Assembly (NCBI GenBank): GCA_019695345.1
Contig: JAIBAE010000004.1
Span: 39,765-103,764, forward strand
DNA: 64,000 bases
Origin: Bacteroidota bacterium
GTDB lineage: Bacteria; Bacteroidota; Ignavibacteria; Kapaibacteriales; NICIL-2
Direction of reading: 5' to 3'
Numbering within the stretch: position 1 is the stretch's first letter; the number at the start of each line of letters is the position of its first letter. A program made the position numbers and the translations under genes. Below are positions 10,585 through 21,387 of this stretch, one piece after another. The notes beneath the pieces are model-generated. The model searched no databases and was not told where the DNA came from. It was given only the letters and a program-made list of their open reading frames with translations.

Positions 10585-12525
10585 ATGAATACTAATTCTG
10601 AACATCACGCCAGAGAATTGTTGCAAGAAGCAGAACAATGCTGGCAGAAAAATTTAACTCATGCCAAACGACTTCTTGAAGAAGCATTACAGGTTTCCTT
10701 ACAGTTACAGAATGAACTTTTAACAGCGGATGTATTACTGCTGCGTTCTGTTGTGTTTGCAGATGCACGCGAACACGAAAATGCCGAGCGTGATGCAAGG
10801 TCTGCCTTACTTACTTACAAAGCACAAGGGAGTGAATTACAAATTGCACAGGCGCTAAAAGCAATTGCTACAACATACTCATACCGAAGTATGTTTGCGG
10901 AGTCTGTTGAGTATTGCAAACAGGTTCTTGAAATAGCTGAACGTTTGAATAATACTCCGTTGGTGATTGATATGTATGCGCGTATTGGTTGGGATAACCA
11001 CAGCCAGAATATCTACGCCGAGGCACTTGAGTATTTTAATAAAGCACTTGCTTTAGCCAAAGAGATAAACGATGAAATGCGTATTGCCAGTTGTATGGCA
11101 GATATTGCAGCTGTCCTTACACGCACTGCTAAACTTGAAGACGCTATTGTGTATTTACAGAATGCCTTGGCAATCTATGAGAAGTTAGATGTTCAGCGAG
11201 GGAGAATGCGGTGTATAAGCGACCTTGCCTTAATTTATGCCCGGCTTCACGATTATGCAACCGCCCTGCAAATGAATTTCCAGGCGTTAGAAATTGCAGA
11301 GAAAATTCAGTTGACATATTCGCAAGCGGTAGCATTCACAAATATTGCTGTAGTGTATTACAACTTGTTCGATTTAGCGCAGTCGGTTGTGTACTTAAAG
11401 AAGGCTCTTGCAATACATGAACTAAACAACGACCCATTAGGCATAGCCACTAACCTAAGCAATATTGTTGTAATCTATACCGAGCTGAAAGATTACAATG
11501 ATGCAATTGAATTTGCCGAGCGCGGTTTGGAGATAAGCAAGAAGATTAACTCAAAAGATTTGATTGCGCTTAATTATGCAAATCTATCTACAGTGTATGT
11601 TGGAGTCCGTAATTACAATAAAGCGTTGGAATGTGCAGAAGAATCGTTAAGAGTTCATAGAGAACTTGGATATACTGTAGGTGTGATAAACAGTTTAATT
11701 AATAAAGGTGCTGTACTGCAAGTATTGAATAAGTATAGCGAAGCAGAATCGTGTTTTACAGAAGTGTTACCGTTGCTACAAGAAGCACAAAATATCGAGG
11801 CTCAAACAAAAGTATATCTTGGTTTAAGTACACTATTTGCAACCAAGGAATGGAATAAGTATAATCCGGAACAAAGCGAAGCATGGTTGTTGGATGCAGA
11901 AAAAATCAATACCAATACTGTTGATAGAAACGATGAACTATACTACAAACTATCGGAGTTTTATGAGCAGAAACAAGAATATAATAAAGCGTTAGAATAC
12001 ATTAAAAAAGCTAATGCTATTCACAACGAAGTATTCTCCGGCGAGACGGCAAAGCAAGTATTAACACTACGAGCTGAGCGTGAACTTGCCGCTAAAGAGA
12101 AACAACGCTTGATTATAGAAAACGAAAGGGAAGTAGCACGTAAGGATGCTGAAATCTACCGCTTAGAAAAAATAGAACTTGCCGCTCGTAATAAAACAAT
12201 TGAAGAACAAAACGAACAACTCCATATCAAACAACAGCAGCTGAATATTTCAAATAATAAACTGCGTCAGGCCATTGCCGATTTAGCTACTCTCACTGCA
12301 TCGCGCAAAGCACGTACATACTTTATGATGTTCATGATTCTGTTGTTTGTATTTTCCGAAGTGGTGGTTGAGCCAATAATACAGTTTATCACCAGCTCGG
12401 TTATCGTTGGTATGTTGCTTCGGTTTGGAATTGGTTTGCTATTCCGTCCCATAGAAGCTTTTGCCGAACACTTGACTACTAAAAAACAACGCGAAGAAAT
12501 TTTAGATACAGCTAAGTCTGCATAG
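10585..12525 (+). CDS. TPR-repeat protein with a C-terminal coiled coil and a transmembrane segment.
   Basis: There are many 34-aa TPR-like helices (A-x-x-Y, L-x-x-A-L patterns). A C-terminal heptad coiled coil (EKQRLIIENEREVARKDAEIYRLEKIELAARNKTIEEQNEQL) is followed by a hydrophobic stretch, FMMFMILLFVFSEVVV. No kinase domain is present. Confidence 0.7.
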   Translation: MNTNSEHHARELLQEAEQCWQKNLTHAKRLLEEALQVSLQLQNELLTADVLLLRSVVFADAREHENAERDARSALLTYKAQGSELQIAQALKAIATTYSYRSMFAESVEYCKQVLEIAERLNNTPLVIDMYARIGWDNHSQNIYAEALEYFNKALALAKEINDEMRIASCMADIAAVLTRTAKLEDAIVYLQNALAIYEKLDVQRGRMRCISDLALIYARLHDYATALQMNFQALEIAEKIQLTYSQAVAFTNIAVVYYNLFDLAQSVVYLKKALAIHELNNDPLGIATNLSNIVVIYTELKDYNDAIEFAERGLEISKKINSKDLIALNYANLSTVYVGVRNYNKALECAEESLRVHRELGYTVGVINSLINKGAVLQVLNKYSEAESCFTEVLPLLQEAQNIEAQTKVYLGLSTLFATKEWNKYNPEQSEAWLLDAEKINTNTVDRNDELYYKLSEFYEQKQEYNKALEYIKKANAIHNEVFSGETAKQVLTLRAERELAAKEKQRLIIENEREVARKDAEIYRLEKIELAARNKTIEEQNEQLHIKQQQLNISNNKLRQAIADLATLTASRKARTYFMMFMILLFVFSEVVVEPIIQFITSSVIVGMLLRFGIGLLFRPIEAFAEHLTTKKQREEILDTAKSA

Positions 12526-12590
12526 TATGCTATCGCAAACCGCACCAAGCCTTGCATACCAGACAACCGTAGTGGTGCGGGAGAGAAGGG
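12526..12590 (+). repeat. Intergenic A/B element, forward copy, starting one nucleotide after the TAG stop of the TPR gene.
   Basis: tatgctatcgcaaaccgcaccaag ... ggtgcgggagagaaggg. The stem is ccgcacca/tggtgcgg. Confidence 0.6.
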
Positions 12591-12653
12591 TAGTGTATAC
12601 AGAAAGATGATATTCAGACATCACTAATAATTCTTCAATAGACCTTATTCAGA

Positions 12654-13244
12654 TTATTGTATCCTCGTTTTAATAAACTCTTTGATTTGTTGTCGTTTCG
12701 ATTTAGTAAGTGTAGTATTAATTTCAAGTGTTTTCTGGAGATATAATTGTAATGTATTATCTAAACTGGGATATAGTTCTATTATACCCCAAGAGCAATT
12801 TTGTGCAAGTAGATAGTCTAGTAGCTCTTTATGTAACGAAGGCATTTTACTCTTTTCGTTAAGTTGATGCCGTATTTCAAGTACTGAATTAGCCCAATAC
12901 CCTTCAGGAACTAATACTTTTAAGCGACTCAAACTTTCAGAATTGATTTTAGGGTGAATCATTGCATAAATCCCAATTGCATTCTGAATAATATCAAAGT
13001 AGCTATGATTGTTATTATAGTGCAATGCCAGATTCTCAAATTCAGAGATACAATCCACTTCGGGTAACTCATTAAGAGAGTCACAATAGTTTGCCAACGC
13101 TTTGTAGTAAACAAAGTCTATTCTGGAATCTTCAAATTCAGTAAATAAATCGCGTAAATAAATCAACTCATCATTTTGTAATTCTGCTATCTTTTTGTCA
13201 AAGATTCTTTTTAGTGCATTTCGGTAAAACTCATGTTGTTCCAT
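12654..13244 (-). CDS. Hypothetical protein (AT-rich).
   Basis: A 196-aa ORF in a low-GC stretch with no recognisable motifs. It lies same-strand downstream of the alpha/beta hydrolase. Confidence 0.4.
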   Translation of the reverse strand: MEQHEFYRNALKRIFDKKIAELQNDELIYLRDLFTEFEDSRIDFVYYKALANYCDSLNELPEVDCISEFENLALHYNNNHSYFDIIQNAIGIYAMIHPKINSESLSRLKVLVPEGYWANSVLEIRHQLNEKSKMPSLHKELLDYLLAQNCSWGIIELYPSLDNTLQLYLQKTLEINTTLTKSKRQQIKEFIKTRIQ

Positions 13245-13560
13245 ATTCTTTGATGAAGTAATTACAAAGTTCTACCATATCATTCTTATAACATTCTTCT
13301 GCTGTTGAAATTTTATAGAGTTGCTTCTTCAACGACAGTTCGTGCCAAAGTTTGTATTGTTCCGGCGAAGGTAAACAATCAGTTTCAGATTCAATACACC
13401 TAATACTATCCCAAATTTCGTTGTTCTTGACGTTAAAGCATATATATGCAGAATAGAATATTCTTATACATGTAATAAAATCAACTTCACCACGAAGATA
13501 TTGTCCTGAAGTATTAACTAACTCCAAGGAAAGTGCTGATATATGTTCATTCTGATCCAT
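13231..13560 (-). CDS. Hypothetical small protein (AT-rich).
   Basis: The ORF is 13231..13701. The likely start is the internal Met (MDQNEHISALS), which avoids overlap with the upstream hydrolase. No known motif. Confidence 0.35.
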   Translation of the reverse strand: MDQNEHISALSLELVNTSGQYLRGEVDFITCIRIFYSAYICFNVKNNEIWDSIRCIESETDCLPSPEQYKLWHELSLKKQLYKISTAEECYKNDMVELCNYFIKEYGTT

Positions 13561-13648
13561 TTTATACTTATAGATTTTGGAGGACTCTCCGGCATAGGAA
13601 CTTGTTGGTGGTACTTGCCGCCCGGTGCCGTCACGCGCCAGCATATAA

Positions 13649-14962
13649 TTATTTCTTTGTGATAAACGTTGCAATATCATCGAGAAGGATATCCGCAACA
13701 TGACCTTCGGCTTGGTATTCCGTAGGTGTGGATTTGCCGGTGCCTTCCATAAACAAATGGTTGAGTGTTGGGTATAACTTTTTGGTGATGTTTTTACGGT
13801 TACCCCAGTAGGTATCCCATGCTTTGTAATCGGTTGTTGTTACCTGGTAGTCGCGCTCGCCTTGTGCTATAAAAAAGCGTACCGATTGCGGTACGTTTTG
13901 TCCGTGTTTGGGATTCAGCATCTCTCTTAACGAGAGCCAATAGTTGCCCGGTAAATTAAGCGGCAGTGTTTCCGGTGATGTGTTGGTTGTTAGTGTTGGC
14001 GACTTAGCCGCTTTAACTCGTTTTTCAATTACCTGAAGTTGTTTCTTGGATTCGGCATCAGTGCCTAACAAGTATTTCATTTGGTCTAAGATTACATCTT
14101 CTAACGGGCGTGGTGAACCGGCAAGTATAATTGCACCGGCAATGTTTGTTGCTTTAGCCGAGATATACGGTGCGCACATACCGCCAAGTGAGTGACCGCA
14201 CAAGTACACAGCATTGGTATCAACTCCTTGCATTGTTTTAGCAAATTGTAGTGCGGTAATGGCATCGTTAATGGTTTCATCGAAAACAGTTATGCCATTG
14301 GTGTCGGTTGAGGCATCGTTGGCGTACATAAAGGTGCGTTTATCGTAACGGATTACACCAACTCCGCGTTTTGCCAAACCAAGAGCAATATCGCGGAAAG
14401 GTTTGTTTGGACCTATTGTTTCGTTTTTATCGTTAGGACCCGAACCATGCACTAATACTACAACAGGGAAGTTCGTTTTACCAACGGGCTTTGTATAGAT
14501 TCCTGTTAGGGTAAAGTTGCCGTTTGTAATTGCAATAAGTTGTTCGTTCACGAATGCGTTGTTTACAAGAGCTTGTTCAATTTTTTCTTTGGGTCGGTCT
14601 AAAAAGAATCCGGCTACTTTACCATCAGTTTGGAGGGTTACTCTAAACGTAACACTCGCTTTTTCAAATTCTACCGGAACTGCGTATATGGTAAAGGTAT
14701 CGCGGGTGGAGCTGGTGATGTCATCGCTAATGGATTTTATAGCACCATTCATTTGTTCAATGCTTTGCATGCTTAATTTTATTTTTTCTTCCGTTACCAA
14801 TTTTGCAAAACCCGGAGAGAAAAATCCGAGACTCTCTTTGTACTTTTTATCTTTTAGATGTTCAATTAATGCTTTGGCTTGTTGTGGAGTGTTCTGGGCA
14901 AATAGCGATGTAGAGAAGAGTACACCGAATATTACGAGAGTAATTTTGGAAACGGACTTCAT
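13649..14962 (-). CDS. Secreted alpha/beta-hydrolase-fold serine hydrolase.
   Basis: Signal peptide MKSVSKITLVIFGVLFSTSLFAQ. A nucleophile elbow G-H-S-L-G-G sits in a dienelactone-hydrolase/peptidase S9-like context (VVVLVHGSGPNDKNE...). Confidence 0.75.
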   Translation of the reverse strand: MKSVSKITLVIFGVLFSTSLFAQNTPQQAKALIEHLKDKKYKESLGFFSPGFAKLVTEEKIKLSMQSIEQMNGAIKSISDDITSSTRDTFTIYAVPVEFEKASVTFRVTLQTDGKVAGFFLDRPKEKIEQALVNNAFVNEQLIAITNGNFTLTGIYTKPVGKTNFPVVVLVHGSGPNDKNETIGPNKPFRDIALGLAKRGVGVIRYDKRTFMYANDASTDTNGITVFDETINDAITALQFAKTMQGVDTNAVYLCGHSLGGMCAPYISAKATNIAGAIILAGSPRPLEDVILDQMKYLLGTDAESKKQLQVIEKRVKAAKSPTLTTNTSPETLPLNLPGNYWLSLREMLNPKHGQNVPQSVRFFIAQGERDYQVTTTDYKAWDTYWGNRKNITKKLYPTLNHLFMEGTGKSTPTEYQAEGHVADILLDDIATFITKK

Positions 14963-15179
14963 GTCTGGTACCTTGTTAGTTCTGAAATTATGTTGCAATA
15001 TATTGAATGATTAATCATACGCACAAGGATTTGTCCCGCAAGTGGATTGATTTATTGGTAACAAATGCCCGGTGCGGAACTGCGACAGCAAAAGAATATT
15101 TATTGATGACATATACAGAACAGAGATTCTATTGTGTATTTTCGCGTGTGAAAGAATTACTCACCGCAGAAAAACAGGA

Positions 15180-16124
15180 ATGGAATCCGTACTTAGCATC
15201 TCGTTTAATAAAAATCGCACGTATGTTGTGCAGGCACAATATGCACCAAAAGGATTGCACGTAACGCATATAGATGTTATCCGCGACCCTATTGATGTTA
15301 GCACCGATGCGGTGGTTGAGTGCGAAGGTGCATTTGCTTTATTGCAGACGTTAACCGAGTTGCCATCTAAGCCGCACCATGTGTATATTACGTTACCAAC
15401 CGATGTAATGATGATTCACACAATGCCTGCTGTGCCGTTTACTTCTGCCGATGAAGTGCGCGATATGGTTACGTTAGAAATTATTCAACACGCGCCCGAA
15501 AAAAATCTTGATGATTACGCAGCTGAGTTCTACACACTTACCCCGCGTCTGGATGGAAGTGAAATTATTGTTGCCGTATTAACCGAGCGCACTGCAATAG
15601 AGCGCGTACAAAAATTGTTAACGCCGGCCGGCTTACAGCTTACATCTACTATTGCACGTCAGTTTGCCGCCCATGCGTCGTTCCGGTATAATTATCCGGA
15701 ATGGAGTACAAAGGCAATTGCGGTGTTTGGCATTACCGATAACCATATTGAAACAAGTGTGTTGAACAGGGGAGAGTTATCGTATTATAATTCGGTTCCG
15801 TTTGCCCATAGCGGTAGCATCAGCGATATATGCGATTCTGAAATTGAAAAAATTCTTTCGGCGTATGCTCCGTTTCTCGACGGATGTTTTCTGTATGGCG
15901 ATGATGTTACCAAAGAAATTCTCACAGCTGTGCAGTTGCGTCTGGCAGGACTGTTACCAAGTATAGAACGCCTGAATGGTTTCCGCATGACTACTACATC
16001 GTTAGACTCACGCCATAAAGAGTATTGCACCCGCATGGCACATGTGTATGTACCCGGCACCGGTGCCGTAATTCCGCAATTCCATAAACCAACCTATATA
16101 TTAGATTCTGCTGTTGGTGTGTGA
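15180..16124 (+). CDS. Hypothetical protein, possibly PilM-like with an actin-like ATPase fold.
   Basis: The ORF is 15072..16124. The likely start is MESVLSISFNKNRTYVVQAQ. The N-terminal I-S-F-N...V-V-Q pattern and an internal LTPAGLQL segment are reminiscent of PilM/FtsA-like proteins. The similarity is weak. Confidence 0.4.
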   Translation: MESVLSISFNKNRTYVVQAQYAPKGLHVTHIDVIRDPIDVSTDAVVECEGAFALLQTLTELPSKPHHVYITLPTDVMMIHTMPAVPFTSADEVRDMVTLEIIQHAPEKNLDDYAAEFYTLTPRLDGSEIIVAVLTERTAIERVQKLLTPAGLQLTSTIARQFAAHASFRYNYPEWSTKAIAVFGITDNHIETSVLNRGELSYYNSVPFAHSGSISDICDSEIEKILSAYAPFLDGCFLYGDDVTKEILTAVQLRLAGLLPSIERLNGFRMTTTSLDSRHKEYCTRMAHVYVPGTGAVIPQFHKPTYILDSAVGV

Positions 16125-16170
16125 TATTTTTCTTGCCGGAAGCTCCAAACCACAAACAATAAAGGCGTGT

Positions 16171-16207
16171 TTATTCAACACGCCTTATCGTTGTTTTTGC
16201 ATGGGCA
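16171..16207 (+). terminator. Rho-independent terminator.
   Basis: aaaggcgtgtttattcaacacgccttatcgttgtttttgc. The aggcgtgtt/aacacgcct stem is followed by a T-run, 3' of the gene ending at 16124. Confidence 0.55.
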
Positions 16208-16238
16208 GAACCTTTTACAAGGAACTACCGCTTATCGT

Positions 16239-17288
16239 TTAGGCTAATCCGCTTTTTTGTAAAAGCTCTTTGCCTTGCTCGTTACCAGCCACAGATGCTT
16301 GCTCCCACGGTTGTAACGTTGGATACACCTCGCGGAATAATGAAATAGCTTCTTCTTCTTTACCGCGTTTAAGACGATAAACTGCCAATCTTACCGAACC
16401 AAACTTGTACAATGGATTAACAACCGGAATCTCTTCCATTAAAGAATCAGCGAGTTCAACATTGCCATCTTGTTCGTAGTATCCAGCTAACCTGATACGA
16501 GCACCAACATAACTATGCTTTGCTCCAATAGCACGGCTACACCAATGTTTTGCCGTTTCAATATCGCCAAGCTTTTCGTAAATGCCTGCTAACGTATACA
16601 TGGTTGTTTCATCGTCGGGAAACATTGCCAAACAACGTAAAGCGGCTTCGCGGGCTGCTTCGTGGTTACCCATTACCGTATGGTATCTCATCAACAAATT
16701 ATAATTAGAAGGCAGTTCGGGATGCACTTCTAACAGCTTATGAATTACAGGAAGTACATCTCGTTCTAAATCTTGATCCATACCCGTTTGTTTCAGATAC
16801 ATCAACATTCCGCAATAGCTTCCCCATTCTGGCTGTCCTTCGTTAGAGAAACGTTCAGGAAATGTTTTAAGAACCTGATATGCATCATTTGTTTTTCTAC
16901 GCCAAGAATACGCATTGGCGATTGCCGCTTGGGCATCAAAGGATTCATCCTGTTTTGCTTCTTCAAGCCATTGGTCAGCATCTTCGTCTGTTTTAGCAAC
17001 TGCCGCCATCCATGCGCGTGATACAGCTGATTTAGTTGCGGCATATCCATCCTCTAATGCTTTCTGTCCTTGTTCATCGGGTACCTCAGCCGAACGGAAA
17101 CAAACAAACGACCACGTTAAGTAGGGTTCGTAGCTTGCAGCCGGCTCAAGTTCAATAGCACGTTTTGCAAAGGTTAAAGCAAAGTTTAACCTGTTTAGCG
17201 TTTCCAAGGTATCTGCTACTTCCATAAGAACTTTTGCATTGTTCCAGTTAGCATATCCTTTTTCTATAAGAGATAAGATTGTAATCAT
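16239..17288 (-). CDS. TPR-repeat protein.
   Basis: A 349-aa all-helical protein with repeated A/Y/W/L TPR consensus positions. Confidence 0.65.
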   Translation of the reverse strand: MITILSLIEKGYANWNNAKVLMEVADTLETLNRLNFALTFAKRAIELEPAASYEPYLTWSFVCFRSAEVPDEQGQKALEDGYAATKSAVSRAWMAAVAKTDEDADQWLEEAKQDESFDAQAAIANAYSWRRKTNDAYQVLKTFPERFSNEGQPEWGSYCGMLMYLKQTGMDQDLERDVLPVIHKLLEVHPELPSNYNLLMRYHTVMGNHEAAREAALRCLAMFPDDETTMYTLAGIYEKLGDIETAKHWCSRAIGAKHSYVGARIRLAGYYEQDGNVELADSLMEEIPVVNPLYKFGSVRLAVYRLKRGKEEEAISLFREVYPTLQPWEQASVAGNEQGKELLQKSGLA

Positions 17289-17299
17289 ACATCATTATA

Positions 17300-19996
17300 T
17301 TAGTGTATTACAACTACTTTTTGAGTTGTAATTGTTTTACCCGATTGTAAGCGAACATAGTAAACACCGCTTTCTACATTCTGTGTATTCCAGTTAAGCG
17401 AATGATGTCCTGCATCAAATTGTTGTTGTGCCAACTGTTCTACAAGTTCACCGCTTGCATTAAATACATCAACAGTAACAATGGCGGAATTTGTTACAGT
17501 AAAACCAAGTGTTGTTGTAGTTGTACTTGGGTTAGGTGATATGGATGTATTGTTTGTGTTTACAGATTCTTCTTCAACCGGAGTTGGGTCTTGCGTCCAC
17601 TTAGCTAAGTTTACACTGGATTTCTCGCCGGCAGCACCAAACTGTCCGCCAAAGTACATACCGCCAAATGCAGGAGCCATAGCAAACACATTGTTTCCAT
17701 CAATTCCGCTGCCTAATGCATACCATTTCTTTCCCGGAATGTGGTAACGAGCAACATGTGGAGCGCGAATACCACCTATAGTATCAAACTGACCGGTAAC
17801 ATACAGGAACTCACCATGACGTAGAAAACGTGTGATTTGACCATTTGCATTCCCAACAGAACTCCATTGCTTGGTTGTTATGTTCCACACAGCAATATTA
17901 CGAATAGCCTGAGCACCAATAGCTGAAAAGCGACCTCCTATAAATACATTGTCATCTGCAACTGCAACTGCCTGTACAAACGGTCCGTTATTAAAACCAC
18001 CACCGCCGCCGCCACCTTGGCGTACAGAAAGTGTATCTGTTCCTAAGGTTTCCCACGCTGTGCCATTCCATTTTGCTACACACGAAGCGCGAGTATCGCC
18101 AGTATGGCTAAAACTACCACCTACATACAAATCCGATGTTTTTGAATCAACTCCAATAGCAAATGCAGAACCGAATATGGTAAAGTCATTACCTTGGAAA
18201 CGACCTTTTGTTAAAAGCCCATTACCTAAACCCTTCCAACTTGTGCCATCAAATTTTGCAATTGCTCCAATAGTAGTATCACCATTTACACTTCTGAAAT
18301 TTCCGGCAATGTAGAGGTCGGTACCTACTTTTACAATTGCTTGAGCTTGTGCGTTGTTGTTATTACCGCCAAACTGATACGCTTCCAATTTTGCAAGTAT
18401 ATTCATTTCCTTTGTAGATGGATTAAATCGAATTACACCGGCTCCATCTATTTCGCCATCTTTCTTAAATGCACTTGCCATCAAAAGGTTGTTTACATCC
18501 GGTTCAATAACAATGTTGTTAAATTGATTTGCAAAAGGTACACCTTCTACAGCACTCCATGTAGTACCATCAAACTTTGCCAGAAAGCGTGCTTCTGTGG
18601 TACCAATATGGTTGAATCCACCGGACATGTATAACGCGCCATCTTGTGTTTGTGCAAAGTCAAATACAGCTCCGTCAGTTCCATTTCCTTTTTTGTTTTC
18701 GTTAATAGTAGTCCATTCAGTGCCACTCCATACAGCAATGCCTTTTATCTCGGTAGTAGTGCCTGTTACCGCAAACTCACCACCAATTAATACATTGCCG
18801 TGTAATAGTCCAACTGTATTGGGGGCAATATCTAAATTATCACCACCCAAAGCCGACCACGTTGCTCCATCCCATTTTGCAATGTAATAGATTTCTTTAG
18901 TAGCATTGTTTACCATGTCAAACCCACCACACACATAGATGTTATTGCCATCTATATACAGCGATTTTACAGCTTCGTTTACACCTCCACCAACCGGTGC
19001 CCAGACAGATCCTGTCCAGCGTGCTAAGTTATTAACCGCTACCGTACCCGATTTAACAAAGCTTCCGCCAATCACCAAATCACCATTTGTCATAAATCCG
19101 GCTGTATAAACATTTGCCGATGACCCGCTTGGTGTTAAACCCGCTCCCATAATTTCCCACGCTTTAGCGGACTTATTCCACGCCACCATACTCAATGCTG
19201 TTTTATCATCAACCTTCTTAAAATTACCACCAACATAAAGGTACTTATCGTTAGATATAACCATCGAAACACTTCCATCGGTTATACCTTTACCAATAGG
19301 TTCCCAATCAGTACCGTTCCACTTTGCAATGTTTCTTGCCGTATCCGAAGCGGTAGGTATAGAAAACTGTCCACCAACATATAAAGCATCTGTTCTGTAA
19401 TCAACTGAAATCACCGAACCGGTAATACCGCTATCTAATGCAATGTATTGCTGTCCGTCCCAACGTACAATATTGTTTACGGTAACACCGCCAGCTGTTT
19501 CAAATGTACCGCCAATATATACATCACCATTTTGAGCAATCGAAATTGAGTTTACAACACCATCGCCACCACTGGCAGACACTAATCCGCTTCCTAACGA
19601 TCTCCACCGCGAACCATCCCACATCACAACCGAGCGTGAGTTCATACCTAAAAACGAAGGCCAACTACCGCCTATGTACACTTTGCCATCCTTAACAGCA
19701 ATTGTATTTACAGTAATGTTGTTTTCTACTTGTGTAGCTGCAAATCCATTATCCCAGAACACATCTTCATAAACACCTTGTATTGTAACAGGTGTTTTTG
19801 CAAAACGTGGCGCTTCGGTAGGATTTTTCACAACAAGGTTATAGCCACTGGTATTTACAGTAGTAGCGTTTTTTAAGGCAGATATATCTAACGTTCCATC
19901 CTTACGTAAAAAATGTTGAAGAGATGAAACTTGCGCCTGGCTCACCGTTAAACAAACAGCTATTGCAATCAGGCATACTATGTACAAACGGTGCAT
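17300..19996 (-). CDS. Large secreted beta-propeller-repeat protein with a T9SS C-terminal sorting domain.
   Basis: Signal peptide MHRLYIVCLIAIAVCLTVSQAQV. A unit of about 50 aa repeats many times (..(K/R)W(N/D)GTxWxx(L/I)GxG...). The C-terminal 80 aa (VFNASGELVEQL...GVYYVRLQSGKTITTQKVVVIH) match the T9SS CTD pattern. Confidence 0.75.
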   Translation of the reverse strand: MHRLYIVCLIAIAVCLTVSQAQVSSLQHFLRKDGTLDISALKNATTVNTSGYNLVVKNPTEAPRFAKTPVTIQGVYEDVFWDNGFAATQVENNITVNTIAVKDGKVYIGGSWPSFLGMNSRSVVMWDGSRWRSLGSGLVSASGGDGVVNSISIAQNGDVYIGGTFETAGGVTVNNIVRWDGQQYIALDSGITGSVISVDYRTDALYVGGQFSIPTASDTARNIAKWNGTDWEPIGKGITDGSVSMVISNDKYLYVGGNFKKVDDKTALSMVAWNKSAKAWEIMGAGLTPSGSSANVYTAGFMTNGDLVIGGSFVKSGTVAVNNLARWTGSVWAPVGGGVNEAVKSLYIDGNNIYVCGGFDMVNNATKEIYYIAKWDGATWSALGGDNLDIAPNTVGLLHGNVLIGGEFAVTGTTTEIKGIAVWSGTEWTTINENKKGNGTDGAVFDFAQTQDGALYMSGGFNHIGTTEARFLAKFDGTTWSAVEGVPFANQFNNIVIEPDVNNLLMASAFKKDGEIDGAGVIRFNPSTKEMNILAKLEAYQFGGNNNNAQAQAIVKVGTDLYIAGNFRSVNGDTTIGAIAKFDGTSWKGLGNGLLTKGRFQGNDFTIFGSAFAIGVDSKTSDLYVGGSFSHTGDTRASCVAKWNGTAWETLGTDTLSVRQGGGGGGGFNNGPFVQAVAVADDNVFIGGRFSAIGAQAIRNIAVWNITTKQWSSVGNANGQITRFLRHGEFLYVTGQFDTIGGIRAPHVARYHIPGKKWYALGSGIDGNNVFAMAPAFGGMYFGGQFGAAGEKSSVNLAKWTQDPTPVEEESVNTNNTSISPNPSTTTTTLGFTVTNSAIVTVDVFNASGELVEQLAQQQFDAGHHSLNWNTQNVESGVYYVRLQSGKTITTQKVVVIH

Positions 19997-20137
19997 AAAG
20001 CAACCTCCCAAATTGAGATGAAAAAATTAATGATTCCCTAAGAAGTGCGAAGTTGTACGTGGTAGATAATCCCAAGTTACAGAGATTCTGTGCAACATAC
20101 TGTTAATTTTTGTCAAAGGAAAAATGATAGTCAGGAA

Positions 20138-21145
20138 TTACAACGTTTCGATGTATTTCATACATAATTCAACCGTTGCTTCCAATCCTTTAACGTGTGT
20201 TCGTTCCATCCCGTGCGAAGCCGCCACACCCGGACCTATCAACGCAACGCGGTAATCTTTTCCGGCTCGTAATGCAGCTGTACCGTCCGAACTATAAAAC
20301 GGATATACATCAATGGCGTGCCGCACCGAATGTTGTTCCGCAAGGTGTACAAGTTGTTTACGGAAATTATAATCATATGGTCCGCCCGAATCCTTGGCAC
20401 AGATTGAACACGAATACTCATTCCCTTCGCAACTATCACCAAGAACGCCCATATCAATTACCAGCAAATCTTTTATCGTATCAGAGTAACCGCACGTTCC
20501 GCCATGACCAACTTCTTCGTACGTGGAAAAATACAATTCAACGGGAGCTGTTTTTCCTTGTTCGTGTAAACGGCGGGCAATCTCAAACTGAACAAAACAT
20601 CCGGCTTTATTATCCAAAAAGTGGCTCTTTACAAAACCGCTTGGCGTATGCTGAAACTTTACATCAAAACACACAATATCACCCGTTCTTATGCCAAGGG
20701 TTTTTACGTCGTCTTTGGTTTTAACTTCTTCATCAATGCGGATGTGCATGTTATCGGTAGAGCGTTCAGCTGTTGCTGCTTTTTTATTAGAGTGTGCAGA
20801 AGGATTGTTAAACAACACCGTACCCGTAAAAACAGCACCATCTAATGTGTAGATACGCACATAACTTCCCTCAAATGTTGGAAGTAGTGGCCCGCCCAAT
20901 AACGAAAACGCTAATGTTCCGTTGGAGTTTATTCCACTTATAATTGCGCCAAGTGTATCGGTATGTCCGGCAATGGCAAGTGTTGGAGTCTCTCCCAAAC
21001 TGCAACGCACAGCACCTTTTTGCGTGCGTTCGGGTTTCCATCCGTATCCTTCCAGAACGCCTACAATGTATTCTGCGGCGCGGTCGGTAAATCCTGTTGG
21101 CGAGTCAATTAACAATAATTCGCGAAGTGTAGTAATATCAAGCAT
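20138..21145 (-). CDS. M42 family metallo-aminopeptidase (glutamyl aminopeptidase/endoglucanase-like).
   Basis: Has IAGHTDTLG, the ...HxDxIG... metal-binding context, and the C-terminal GPGVAASHGMERTH motif typical of M42/FrvX. Confidence 0.8.
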   Translation of the reverse strand: MLDITTLRELLLIDSPTGFTDRAAEYIVGVLEGYGWKPERTQKGAVRCSLGETPTLAIAGHTDTLGAIISGINSNGTLAFSLLGGPLLPTFEGSYVRIYTLDGAVFTGTVLFNNPSAHSNKKAATAERSTDNMHIRIDEEVKTKDDVKTLGIRTGDIVCFDVKFQHTPSGFVKSHFLDNKAGCFVQFEIARRLHEQGKTAPVELYFSTYEEVGHGGTCGYSDTIKDLLVIDMGVLGDSCEGNEYSCSICAKDSGGPYDYNFRKQLVHLAEQHSVRHAIDVYPFYSSDGTAALRAGKDYRVALIGPGVAASHGMERTHVKGLEATVELCMKYIETL

Positions 21146-21200
21146 GATGTTTTAATAGGGTAATACAATAGTAAATACAAATATAGAAGTAACTACTGTA

Positions 21201-21268
21201 TTTTTGCTATCGCGTGACCGCACCGAACGTTAATGCTACATTTACCAACAGCTTGCGGGAGAGGAACT
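21201..21268 (+). repeat. Intergenic A/B element, forward copy.
   Basis: tttttgctatcgcgtgaccgcacc ... gcttgcgggagaggaac. Confidence 0.6.
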
Positions 21269-21387
21269 CAAGTTTCAAATTTGTACGAATCGTGATTGTA
21301 GATTAGTACATATATAAGCAAGAGTTTAGAATGCGCATTATTGAGGAATTCCATCATACATCAACATAGTACGCTGATAATAAAGTA

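Noticed and set aside
15007-15264. An 85-aa ORF upstream of and overlapping the 15072 gene.
   Set aside because: It overlaps the likely 5' region of the neighbouring gene in another frame and has no support beyond an ATG.
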